A stretch of 64,000 bases of DNA from Octopus vulgaris. Its lineage: Eukaryota. The notes under the pieces are model-generated. The model searched no databases. It was not told the DNA's origin and worked only from the letters and a program-made list of their open reading frames with translations. The stretch's first letter is position 1. Each line of letters starts with the position of its first letter. Positions 36,161-47,400 of the stretch are shown here, piece after piece. The stretch is from NCBI GenBank assembly GCA_951406725.2, contig OX597828.1:19344001-19408000 (forward strand), in the 5' to 3' direction. The translations under genes were made by a program, and so were the position numbers.

Positions 36161-39153
36161 TCTGTATATATAAAAGGCAGGATGTGTGTGTGTGTGTGTA
36201 CGTGAATGTTGTTTATGCACGTCCACAAATTAGCACTCATGTCACTCCAATTATAGGAGGACATTCGTTGAATTATTTTTCTCTAGGCACCTGCAGGTAG
36301 TAGTAAAAGTCGATTTTCAACCTTAACTTTTACCAATTTTGAAGTTTGCTAACATGAGTTAAGTCCCTTTTTGCTATAGCGAAGTGAAAATGTGTGTGTG
36401 TGTGTGTGTGAGGTAGAGAAAAGTTGTGTTCTGATGTATGTGTGTGTGTGTGCGTGCGTGTGAGGGAGAGATAGAGAAAATGACAGCGTTCACCAAAAAT
36501 AGAAATGTAAAAAATTTTTTTCCTTAAACACGAGATATAGTTTTCAAATTTAGGATGTTTTTAAAAGACGCTATTTTTTATAATCAGATTATATATACTT
36601 TCTCACACAACAATTAAAATTTATTTATTTTAAATCGTTCATCTTTCTCCCCACCCCCTCTCACACACACACATTACTTTGGGTGCGAAAGAGATTTGTT
36701 TTTATTTTACGCAGAGAAAAAAGTGTTTTGTTGAGAATCCATTTATTTAACAACATAGAAGCAAAGAGGTAGGTAACAATTTGTTAGTGAATTACACAAT
36801 ATAAATGGGTAAAATTTCTGGGGCTTCACCACACCCCACCCCACCCATTTCTCGGACCACAAAAAGGGTTTTGTAGCATATTAGGAGGCCAGGGTAGTTG
36901 ATTCCCTGCAAAAAATCCAATTTTTTTTTCTTAGTGAAAATTGTGCAAGTGTTGTCTAAAAATTTGCCTGGAGTTTTTCATGGTAAATTTGAGATTAAAA
37001 AAAAATGTTTTCCATATTCTTAATCTCCATATTTTCCCACATACATTGAAAAATATATGGTGAAATTTCCGAGGCTTCCACCACACACCACCCCGTTTTT
37101 CAGACCACAAAAAGGGTCTCATAGCATATTAGTAGTTGATTCCATGCAAAAAATCCAATTTCTTTTTTTCTTAGTGAAATTCGGGCAAGTGTTAATTTAA
37201 AAATTTAATCTAAAACCTTTTTCCATTCATTTCTGTTTATGAAATTCTCTGTACGTAATTTTGCTTTCTCAGTGGTCAAGGCAAATGATGGCTGGCAAAG
37301 CAACAGTGCCCTAATGCTGACATTGGATACAATGACCTGATCTACAATAATGCGCTGATTGAAATCGAGGATGCCCTGCTCAAAATGGGTGGGGCAGCAT
37401 CGAACACATTTAGTTTGCCATCCTCATTGTGACAGGACGTTAACACACTCCCACCAAAGTTACTTCTGGAGTTGTCGTATGATGACGATGGCCTTGCAGA
37501 GTACACGAGAGTAAATGAATCGAAATTGCTCCCTGATCAGAGGCTGGTGTACGAAACTGTCATCAGTGCCATTGAAAAACAGGCAGGCGGCATTTTTTCC
37601 TCAATGCTGCTAGAGGTACTGGCAAATCCTTTGTAACACAATTAATACTTGCTAAGATTCGTCACGAGAAACAAATTTCATTAGATGTTGCTTCCTCAGA
37701 AATCGCTGCTACGTTATTGCCGGGAGGTAGGACAGCGCACTCAGCATTCAAGCTGCCTTTACATTTGGCGAGGGCCAAGGTTCCTTCTTGCAACATTGGC
37801 AAAAATTCAGCTGAAGTTCTTAGACTGTACCGTCTCATTGTATGGGACGAATGCACAATGACCAATAAGGGTGCCCTTGAGGCACTGGACCGGTCACTGA
37901 AAAGTATCAGGGATTCTACAGCTTCTATGAGTGGTGTAACTCTATTGCTTTCAGATTTCTGGCAAACCCTTTCTATCATCCCTAAAGGGAGCCGGGCTGA
38001 TAAGTGTGCGCATGCCTAAAGTCATCCGTGTTGTGGCTCCAGGTTACGACCTTAAGCCTAAGTACAAACATGCATGTGCACTTGCTTGGTGATAGCACAT
38101 CTGCAGCATTTGCTTAAGACATTTTAGCCCTTGGAGAAGGCAAGGTCCCTCAGAATGATAGGGGTGACATATCCATCTCTGAAATGTGCAACACCATGGA
38201 CAACCCTTCCGATCTTTTGGAAAAGTGTTCCTTAATCTGGAAAGTAATTATGCAGACGTCAATTGGTTCAGTGAAAGAACCATCCTGGCCCCCACAAACG
38301 TAGCTGTCAATGCTATCAACGACCAGCTCATAAGCCAAATTCCGGGTGAGGAGAGCATCTACAAATTGATTGACCGGACCTCTGACCACCAAGAAATTGT
38401 CAGTTACCCTGTCAAGTTTCTCAACTCGTTGGAGCTAGCAGGGCTTCCACTTCACATTCTTAGGCTAAGGGTTGGATGCCCAATTATGCTAATCAGAAAC
38501 TTGCTTCCGCCTAAACAGTGCAATGAGACCCACTTAGTAATCAAGTCCCCGACGCCCCTCTTGACTGAGGCCACCATTGTTACAGGATGTGGGAGGGGTG
38601 AAAATGTTTTCATTTCAAGGATGCAGCTTTATCCCTCGGTGTTGGACATGCCTTTTGACTTCTGCAGATCGCAGTTCCCAGTGAGACCATGCTTCGCCAT
38701 GTCCATCAACAAATCCCATGGCCAAACACTGTCAGTGGCAGGTATCCATTTGGGGTTTTCCATTCAATCAGGATAAAAAAATTGATAAACCGATTCCTTA
38801 TAGGATTTCTCACTAAAATTGGCTACACCCCATTTTCAACCAAAACTTTTACCAATTTTGACATATTTTACTCAAACTTGATGCCAGTATTACTTAGGAC
38901 TCATAGGATCTTTGAATGCTTTAAGTTCTCAAAAAAAAAAAAACAATCGATGAGTGGAAATAATCGATAAACCGATTCCTTATAGGATTTCCCAATCAAA
39001 TTGCCTGCAACCTATTTTCAGCCAAAAGTTTACCAATTTCAACGGATTTCTCTCAAATTTGATGTCGATGTCACTTATTTTGGTTTCAAATAAAGTGCTT
39101 GATCACTTAATAATCCTAACTTAATCCCAGCCAACGCCGGGCTATACTGCTAG
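36161..39153 (+). mobile_element. Helitron (non-autonomous, with decayed PIF1-family helicase segment)
   Basis: 5' A|TC and 3' hairpin cccagccaacgccggg plus CTAG|T, with no TSD. Empty site catatttata|tatgaat at 2350/2351 in the paralogous segment. Confidence 0.92.
37290..38755 (+). pseudogene. Helitron PIF1-like helicase remnant
   Basis: GTGKS, GGRTAHSAFKLP, LIVWDECTM, ILAPTN, LRLRVGCPIMLIRNL and QFPVRPCFAMSINKSHGQTL occur across several frames with stops. Confidence 0.88.
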
Positions 39154-39287
39154 TATGAATTAATTGTGTTGCTATTTTAATCTTTGCATGTAATTATCAT
39201 CAGGATCCTCAATAATTCCATTTTTTGGGGTTTTTTTGCATTCATTTTTGTTTATTTTTTTTTCTATACAGGTATTTTAAATACAAT

Positions 39288-41795
39288 ATGGATTGTTTAA
39301 TGGTATTTGGAATCATCTGTGAAAAGAAAACAAAAGTTTCTCTTCTCTATGTCACACACACGATTTCCATTAATGGATTTACGTCACACGTCAACATCGA
39401 GGCTGAATATATAAATGAAAGCCAACACAAGACAGAAGCTAAGTTTGTTTTCCCTGTGGAAGAAGACAGTGCCGTATATAAATTTGAAGCTAAAATTGGT
39501 GATGTCCATTTAGTTGCCAAATCTAAAGACAAAGATGTTGCCAAAAAGGAATACAAACAAGCTGTAGATAAAGGTCAGTCTGCCATTTTGTTGCGAGAGA
39601 CAAGTACATCTGGCGATATTTTTGAGTATAGTTTAGGTAATATTCCAGCAAATGAAAAGATCCGTTTACAAATATGCCTTGTTTCTGAACTTTCTTGTGA
39701 AGTTGATGGGGCAGTGAAATTTCATATGCCATTTGTGCTTAACCCCAGATATGGTCTTAAACCTGCAGATGAAAATTATCAAAATGCACCTAAACCAAAA
39801 GAGTTTAGTTTCGATGCCTCTGTCAACTGGAATTCACAAATCAAAGACATCAAATCAGAACATCCAGTTAAGGTGGAATATCAGGATAACAAGTGTCATG
39901 CTACTGTGAGAATGGCAAAGGAATTCAGTTTTGAGAAAGACCTTCTTCTGCAAGTGTACTATGAAGATGTAGAAAAACCACAAGTAATTTTAGAGAAAAG
40001 AGATGAGAATTCTAAAGGAATGTTTTCTAAAGATATTATGATGATAAATGTATTTCCAAAACTCCCACAAGTAAAACAATCTGCCGCTAATGACTATATT
40101 TTTGTTATTGATCGCTCAAGAAGCATGAATGGAGAGAGAATTAAAGCAGCAAAAGATACTTTGCTACTTTTCTTAAAAAGTTTACCTTTGGGTTGCTCAT
40201 TTAATGTTATCAGCTTCAATAATTATTTTGATTTTCTGTTCAGAGAAGGAAGCCGAGAATATAGTGAAGATTCTCTGAATGAAGCTTTGAAATTCCAGAA
40301 AAATCTATATGCTTCAGGTGGGACAGAAATTCTTGATGCACTGAAATCACTCTCTGACAAAAAACCATTTCAAAATTTCCATCGACAAGTATTCTTAATA
40401 ACTGATGGTGAAGTCTACAACACAAACGATGTCATTCAATTGGTCAAGTCACAAGTAAACAACACACGATACTTCACAATTGGTATTGGTTCTGGAGCTT
40501 CTACAGAATTGGTCAAAGGTATTGCCCGTGCAGGGAAGGGACAAGCAGAGTTTGTGATGACAAACGACAACCTTAAGGCAAAAGTTATGCGTTTATTAAA
40601 ATTGTCAATGCAACCATTTGTATCTTCGGTTTGTCTCTCTGCTAAACATGGTGAAAACAATAAAGAATTATCCTTTATTTCAGTTCCAGAAAGGCTGCCA
40701 TGTATTTTCAGTGAAGAAAAATTAATCCTTTATCTAGTTTTACATGAAGCTGAGACTAGTTGCAAAAATGTGAAATTGAATCTTTGTGGTAAAATTGGTG
40801 AATCAGACTTTTCACTTGATTTTGAAGCAAGTCTGTTGGGACAGAATAATAAGGAAATGACAATACACCGTCTTTGTGTGAAAAGGAAAATACAGGAATT
40901 GGAATTAAATGAAGATTTGGGTAAAGGTGATGAAATAAAATCAGAGATTATCGATTTGGGTACAGTGGCTAATTTAGTTTCAAAGTACACAAGTTTTGTT
41001 GGTTTGAAGCAATGTATTCCAGAATGTATGCCAAAGTCCTGCATGGTTTCTTCTTCACCACCACCACCACCTCAACCTCTACAAGCTTCTAGTTGCCCAG
41101 CCAATCAGTCCGATCTTGATTTAGAAGAAGACTTTGAATATATAAATGTTGATTGTGTGGATTCTGGTGCTGATTTTGGGCATTCTGACTTTGAGTTTGT
41201 CGATTTAAATTGCTTGTCTCAGACATTTAGAAGACCATCCAGTATGAGTGATGAGAAATCGTTTCTCACTTCTGGGACAAAAAATAAAGAGATTTTACCA
41301 TGTATGATGGGGGAAGCAAATCAGAATTGTTATTTGGAAAATGTAGTTGACAATTCTGGGATTTTTTATAAACATGATTCTGGTACTGATTCTGTGGGTT
41401 CCAATTGCTTGTCTCGGACATTTAGAAGATCATTAAATGTGAGTGATGTAGAATCCTTTATGTCTTCTGAGACAACAATTAAGAACATTTTAACATGTTT
41501 GGTTGACTTACAAGCTTTCTCTGGTTTCTGGAATCTAGACGATCAATTGGCTCAAGCTCTCAATATTTCTCTTAAGGATCTGAACAAAGAGAATCCATCT
41601 GTTAGTGATAAAATATGGGCTACAGCTCTTGTTGTTGCTGTACTAAGAGAAAAATTAGCTTCCCAGCATTGTGAATGGGAATTAATGGAAAAGAAAGCAA
41701 TTGTTTGGCTGGAATCTCAGAATATACAACCACTGAATTCAGAGAAGTTACTAGAAAAAGCTACAAACTTCATAAAAAACAAAATGGTTGCCTAA
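39288..41795 (+). CDS. VWA5A: VWA5A-like, copy 3, 835 aa, single coding exon
   Basis: ORF 39225-41795. The likely start is ATG 39288, after acceptor ttttctatacAG ending at 39271 (same 5' junction as copy 1). MIDAS DRSRS; longer linker; AATAAA at 41951. Confidence 0.92.
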   Translation: MDCLMVFGIICEKKTKVSLLYVTHTISINGFTSHVNIEAEYINESQHKTEAKFVFPVEEDSAVYKFEAKIGDVHLVAKSKDKDVAKKEYKQAVDKGQSAILLRETSTSGDIFEYSLGNIPANEKIRLQICLVSELSCEVDGAVKFHMPFVLNPRYGLKPADENYQNAPKPKEFSFDASVNWNSQIKDIKSEHPVKVEYQDNKCHATVRMAKEFSFEKDLLLQVYYEDVEKPQVILEKRDENSKGMFSKDIMMINVFPKLPQVKQSAANDYIFVIDRSRSMNGERIKAAKDTLLLFLKSLPLGCSFNVISFNNYFDFLFREGSREYSEDSLNEALKFQKNLYASGGTEILDALKSLSDKKPFQNFHRQVFLITDGEVYNTNDVIQLVKSQVNNTRYFTIGIGSGASTELVKGIARAGKGQAEFVMTNDNLKAKVMRLLKLSMQPFVSSVCLSAKHGENNKELSFISVPERLPCIFSEEKLILYLVLHEAETSCKNVKLNLCGKIGESDFSLDFEASLLGQNNKEMTIHRLCVKRKIQELELNEDLGKGDEIKSEIIDLGTVANLVSKYTSFVGLKQCIPECMPKSCMVSSSPPPPPQPLQASSCPANQSDLDLEEDFEYINVDCVDSGADFGHSDFEFVDLNCLSQTFRRPSSMSDEKSFLTSGTKNKEILPCMMGEANQNCYLENVVDNSGIFYKHDSGTDSVGSNCLSRTFRRSLNVSDVESFMSSETTIKNILTCLVDLQAFSGFWNLDDQLAQALNISLKDLNKENPSVSDKIWATALVVAVLREKLASQHCEWELMEKKAIVWLESQNIQPLNSEKLLEKATNFIKNKMVA

Positions 41796-41950
41796 CGATT
41801 TCTGTTTATTTCATATTTTAAAACTTTCACTACTGTATAACCGAGAAAAATACTATAATATTTTGAATTATATATGTATATTTCACTCAACTAATTCCTC
41901 TGAAATATCAGTAAAAAAATATCTTGTATATCTATACAGCTGTAAAATAT

Positions 41951-41956
41951 AATAAA
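41951..41956 (+). terminator. Polyadenylation signal of copy 3
   Basis: AATAAA about 155 nt after the stop, followed by GT/T-rich sequence. Confidence 0.55.
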
Positions 41957-43187
41957 ATATAAAACCATAATCCTGTATTTATTGATTTTGTGTTATTTTT
42001 TGTGTGAAATGTAAATATATTTCCAAGACTGAAAACAAGATTAAAAAAAAACATTTAAGCACTTTTGAGGATTCAGTGACTCAAACTTCCTGTTTTTATG
42101 TCATCTAAATTATAACCTTCCCTCAAAATATCATTCTAATTTATGTCCCAAAAGAGACTGGTAGAATAAGTATTAGACTTTCAAAGAATAAGTCCTATAG
42201 TCGATTTGTTTGAGACTAAAGACGGTGCTCCAGCATGGCTGCAGTGAAATGACTGAAACAAGTAAAAGAATAAAAGACTAAAAGAATGTGTGAATATTAG
42301 CCCAAATGTTAAATTTCTGAGGAAGACTTTCTGCACTTACTACATACATCATTTCATCTAAATAGTCCTACAAATGTTTACACTGCAAACACATACATCA
42401 CTAACGCTTGCAGTACTGAGGTGACTATGACTCCCCCTTGTGCTACCAGGACTTATATCAAAGACCTTCTAATTCTTACACCAGTACAATGAATTCTTAT
42501 TCTGATTCACCAATAAACTAATTCCCATACCAGTTAACCCACTGGCACGACGACACAAGTTTCGATTGATCCAATCGATGGGACGGCCTGTTCGTGAAAT
42601 TCTTTTCTACTCTTGGCACAAGGCCCGAAATTTTGTGGGGAGGGTGTCAGTCGATTAGATCGACCCCAGTACGCAACTGGTACTTAATTTATCGACCCTG
42701 AAAGGGTGAAATACAAAGTCGACTTCAGTGGAATTTGAACTCAGAACACAAAGACAGACGAAATACTGCTAAGCATTTCACCCAGCGTGCTAATGTTTCT
42801 GCCAGCTCACTGTACAAGTGGCTGAGTATTCAACATACACGTATCCTCTTAACATAGTTCTCAAGAATGTAACAAGGCTGAATGTGATAAATCCTTCGAA
42901 TTACAAGCACTACTCAATTTCTTCCCACTGAACAGACTGGAACAGTATGAAATGAAGTGCTTTGCTCCAAAACACAGCGCGAGGACAGGAATCGAACTCA
43001 CGACCTTACCGAATAACCCAACCACTAACACGTCACTAAATCCAACTTTCATATAAATAAACTCACTAACATTTACACCTTCTGCCCTCAAGTCGGAGTG
43101 GTTGTTCCAGCGCGTCCCCCGTGTATTCTTTGTTTTGCCAAGGAAAATATGAGATGGTTTTGGCGAGAACACAAAGTATGTGTGTGC

Positions 43188-43271
<84 letters not shown>

Positions 43272-43654
43272 CATCCCATTGATGACACATGAATGAATAA
43301 CATTTCTACTATAGGTACAAAGCCTGAAATTTGGGTGGTGAGGGATTAAGTCGATTAAAATCGATCCCAGTGCGTAAATGGAACTTAATTTATCGACCCC
43401 GACAGTGCGTAAATGGAACTTAATTTATCGACCCCGAAAGAATGAAAAGCAAAGTCGACCTCGGCAAAATTTGAACTCAGACGGGCGAAATACCGGTGTC
43501 CAGCCTGCTAACGATTCTGCCAGTTCGCCACATTGAGACGTGAATGAATAACGTATTAAGTTGGTTGGAAGAGTACAAGGGAAATCACTCGTGTAATTTT
43601 TTCTGCTAGTGGAAGTTATTTCCCTTGCACGCACGCACGCATACCCAGAGAAGG

Positions 43655-44030
43655 GAGACTGCGGATGTTAACATATAGCTGAAGATCAGTGAAAAACAGA
43701 ACACCTATGCTGAACTATTGAGAAATCTACAGTTACTCTATCCAGATTACAAGTTCAGGTTTATATCTGTAATTATTGAGGCTCTAGGATATATAACACA
43801 TTGCCTAAATAACACTCTCGAGAAATTAGGCTTCTCAGAACCAGAAAGGAGAAAGCTAATTCGAAGACTACAGATCCTATCCATCACTGGAACTGTAAAA
43901 ATCTGTAAAACTTTCCAGAAGTTTATCACTTAAATATATATGAGCATGTCTAGATATGCAACTATGTGCTTGAGAATGCATACAAAAAATAAAACATGCA
44001 AATCTCCACTTATACATTCATACATACATG
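43655..44030 (+). mobile_element. 3' fragment of an RLE-clade non-LTR retrotransposon (R4/NeSL-like)
   Basis: KISEKQNTYAELLRNLQLLYPDYKFRFISVIIEALG...ITGTVKICKTF* resembles a restriction-like endonuclease C-terminus. Confidence 0.6.
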
Positions 44031-44163
44031 TTTATATTCTTTGAAAAATATACATACATACGTGTTTATATTCTTTGGAAAACAAGGGGGTATTCGTGAT
44101 GGTGTTCACTGAACAAATTAAACACACTACTCGGCAGTGGCTAAAACGTGAACCAATCAAGTT

Positions 44164-44201
<38 letters not shown>

Positions 44202-45253
44202 CAAAATAAGCAACAAGAATGACTCCGGTAATTTGGTACGATCATTTCGTACTACATCATTTTATTAAATGTTGTAAGTATTACAACAGATTTAAGATGC
44301 TGAGTACTCATCAGCCAATTATAGAGGTTTTCCATTAATACAAAAACTTTCAAATCAAGTGGCAACATTATAGAGAAAGTAGATATATAGATATATATAT
44401 ATATATATATATGTTTGTTTCCTTTCATACAATATTAAAACAATGGCTAAAAGTTTTCTGAAGCTGCACCCCAACTAATTTTATCTACGAGCCACCACTG
44501 CTCACGACCTTATGATTGTTAGTCAAATATCCTAATCACTTAGCCACGTGCGTTCGCACTCAAAAACATTAGCATGTGTGTGGACGAGTACTCCGTAGAC
44601 AGGTGTACAGTAAAATCAAACCCGAAGTAGAATTAGTGTGAAACTCCGTATGAGGAAGGTGGGTCTTTGTATCGCAGGATGCAACATAGCTAAATGGTAA
44701 GAAATTCGTTTTACAACCTTAAAGAACCGATTCTATCTCATTCGCAATATTCTAAGCAAGTGATTTTTGGTATATAGCCTTGTGTCGCCCCAAGCTCTCT
44801 AAGGGCAACTGCGCGGGCGGGACCTGTTTGGGAGCCCGTTACGTGGATTGGAGTATGAAAATCAACACTATTGTTAAACCAGCTAACAGGTATATATCTA
44901 GAAATTGAACTCGAACCCTCTGTGCTCAGACGTAAAAATAATTGTAAACACCCAAAAAGATTTGTCAGGGATTTATGACATCAGCATGCAGCTAACCATT
45001 CAGGTCCCTCGTAAACACACTAAGAATTTGTTTTTATCAGTTGCTGGGTTGACCTTTGACGATGTTGTAAAACAAAAAACAAAAAAAACCCTAACCATTT
45101 TGGGGATAAGCAACCTATCATTAACAATCTTGTCTTTGGCGCCTTTTCTTCTACAGACCATCTTGTGTGTGTGTGTGTGTGTGACGCTGCACAAGCATCA
45201 ACAGCTGACATAATTTCTTCGGGCGCAAATCTATGGCCTCTCAAGACCGACAG

Positions 45254-45286
45254 ATACTACTACTACTCCTCCTCCTCCTCCTCCTC

Positions 45287-45334
<48 letters not shown>

Positions 45335-45349
45335 TCTCTCCCTCGCCCC

Positions 45350-45412
<63 letters not shown>

Positions 45413-45425
45413 ATTATTTTACATT

Positions 45426-45498
<73 letters not shown>
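45254..45498. repeat. Compound microsatellite (TAC)n/(TCC)n/(CT)n/(TA)n/(CA)n
   Basis: Directly visible. Confidence 0.95.
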
Positions 45499-45502
<4 letters not shown>

Positions 45503-45849
45503 ATCATGCAGGCATGAAGTGGATTTCGATCCACCATAGCCAAATTTCAAGTAACAGTTCAACAGAACTTTTCTCACGTTGGAACAATAATTTTCCTGTG
45601 ACAGTTTACATTTGTCAGATGTCTTAGCTAGGCCGAAATGCGTAATGTCTTCAGCAATTGACCCTTCTAACCCCTTCTACTTCACCAAAAGCTAGAATTA
45701 AGATAACAAGTACCACCAACGAAATCCATTATTCTCAACGATATGTCTATCCTTCTAGATAGTTATAAAAACAAGAACCCCCAAGCAAAAATCAGTTAGT
45801 CACTTGTTGACAACTCAATTAGTCAGGGATACAAAAAAGGAGACAAGAA

Positions 45850-46485
45850 TGCAAAACATCCAGACAAATGATACAAAAAAGGGACAGGAAAAAACAAGGA
45901 CGGGTCATTCGGAGTTTTCTTTCCTCGGTCGAGTTCCAGATTATCAATGCAATTTCGGCTGGTTATACTCGAGATTGCTCCAATCTGGCCAGCCCCAAGG
46001 AAAAACTAAGCTAAGAGCACTAGATTCATTGGAAGAAAGCAGCGAATGTATACAAAAACTAGGACAGAAAAAATGGAGACACAAATACAAATGCAAATAA
46101 CAGGACATTAACAACAGGTGTCTTTCGACTAAGGATGAATTAAATCAAGCTGGCGTGTGCGGAAGTGAAGCCTTACGACAGAGACATAAGAGATGACAGG
46201 CATGGGGAGGAATATAAACGTTGCACGGATGGTAGTCGAACCAAGAAAGAAAGGTCAGGCCGAACACCGGTTACGTGAAGAGAGAGGAGGGAAGTAGAAG
46301 CAAAGAGATTGAAGAATTAAGGAAGGACGGGAAAAAAGACAGAGTGAAGTGAAAGAGGGGGGAAGGTAAGAATGAAGAGAAAGCCAGGAAATGTGAGAGG
46401 GGAAATGAAAGAATGAAGTGTGGAAAGAGTGAAGTAAGTGTGAAGGGGCTGATAGAAAGAAAGAATGAAAGGATAACAGAGTCGT

Positions 46486-46517
<32 letters not shown>

Positions 46518-46710
46518 CTTACATATAAGAAACCAAAGTGTACGTACCCCGCCATATGTATATAAAAAGGAATATAAAAATGGGACAAGAACAAGGACGG
46601 GTCATTCGGAGTTTTCTTTCCTCAGTCGAGTTCCAGATTATCAATGCAATTTCGGCTGGTTATACTCTAGATTGCTCCAATTTGGCCAGCCTCAAGGAAA
46701 AAACCAAATT
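45850..46710 (-). mobile_element. Penelope-like repeat with a partial direct repeat
   Basis: About 45880-46010 is repeated at 46580-46706. A related sequence lies in the opposite orientation at ~8190-8345. Confidence 0.45.
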
Positions 46711-46799
46711 TAAACAGAGAGACAGACAGACTGACAAAATGACACACGTGCATTGCTGTGCAATGACAATTAATGTGACCATTACTTCTTCTGCGTAAG

Positions 46800-47400
46800 T
46801 CAGCTTTGAATTTATTTTTCGCTGGTGATTCTGGGTGTTTACGATCCATTCTCTGCCTTTTGAATTCTGACTCAAAGTAATGGAACCAGTGCACATCTCC
46901 TGTGGCTATTCATTAAAAAAAACGCTTCACCATCATCGTGGTAGCTGTTGGCAGAGCTTCACACGATTGCGCTTATGTGCTTCGGTAAGCTCTTTTGGTA
47001 CTGATAGTATCTCTCGCACAGACTTTATGGAAGTGAAGCTTATCCTGAGTGATTTCATATGCTGAACCTTGACTAATTTGCGTAGAACATACCACCTCAT
47101 CGATGATCAGTTATTGTTTCGGCAGAGCCCTTCCTCGAGCTTCTTGGATCTTCATGTCAGCGGTGGAGATTGATGGGCATCGTGCTCCCACTTCGACTTC
47201 ACTCTTGTCCTGCCGTTTTTTAAACTTCTCGACTCACTCATACATATTACTCCTACATGGTAGCGTGCTTTCCCTATATTGTAATGAAAACCTGCGGTGA
47301 ATTTCAGCCCCTGACACACCTTCAGACCAGAGAAATCGGACCACTGATCTCCGTTCTTCCTTGGTGCACACTGCCACCGGAGCGACCGTATTCATTCCAT
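46800..47400 (-). mobile_element. Mariner transposase remnant
   Basis: Minus strand gives VCTKEERRSVVRFLWSEGVSGAEIHRR, EKFKNGRT, ISQGSAYEI, LHFHKVCAR, PKELTEAHK and TGDVHWFHYFESEFKRQ...HPESP (N-terminal HTH through the first catalytic D). Confidence 0.75.

Noticed and set aside
39225-39287. Hydrophobic N-terminal extension of the ORF calls (also 2428-2478) as a signal peptide
   Set aside because: It is the translated polypyrimidine tract of the intron; the ATG follows the acceptor.
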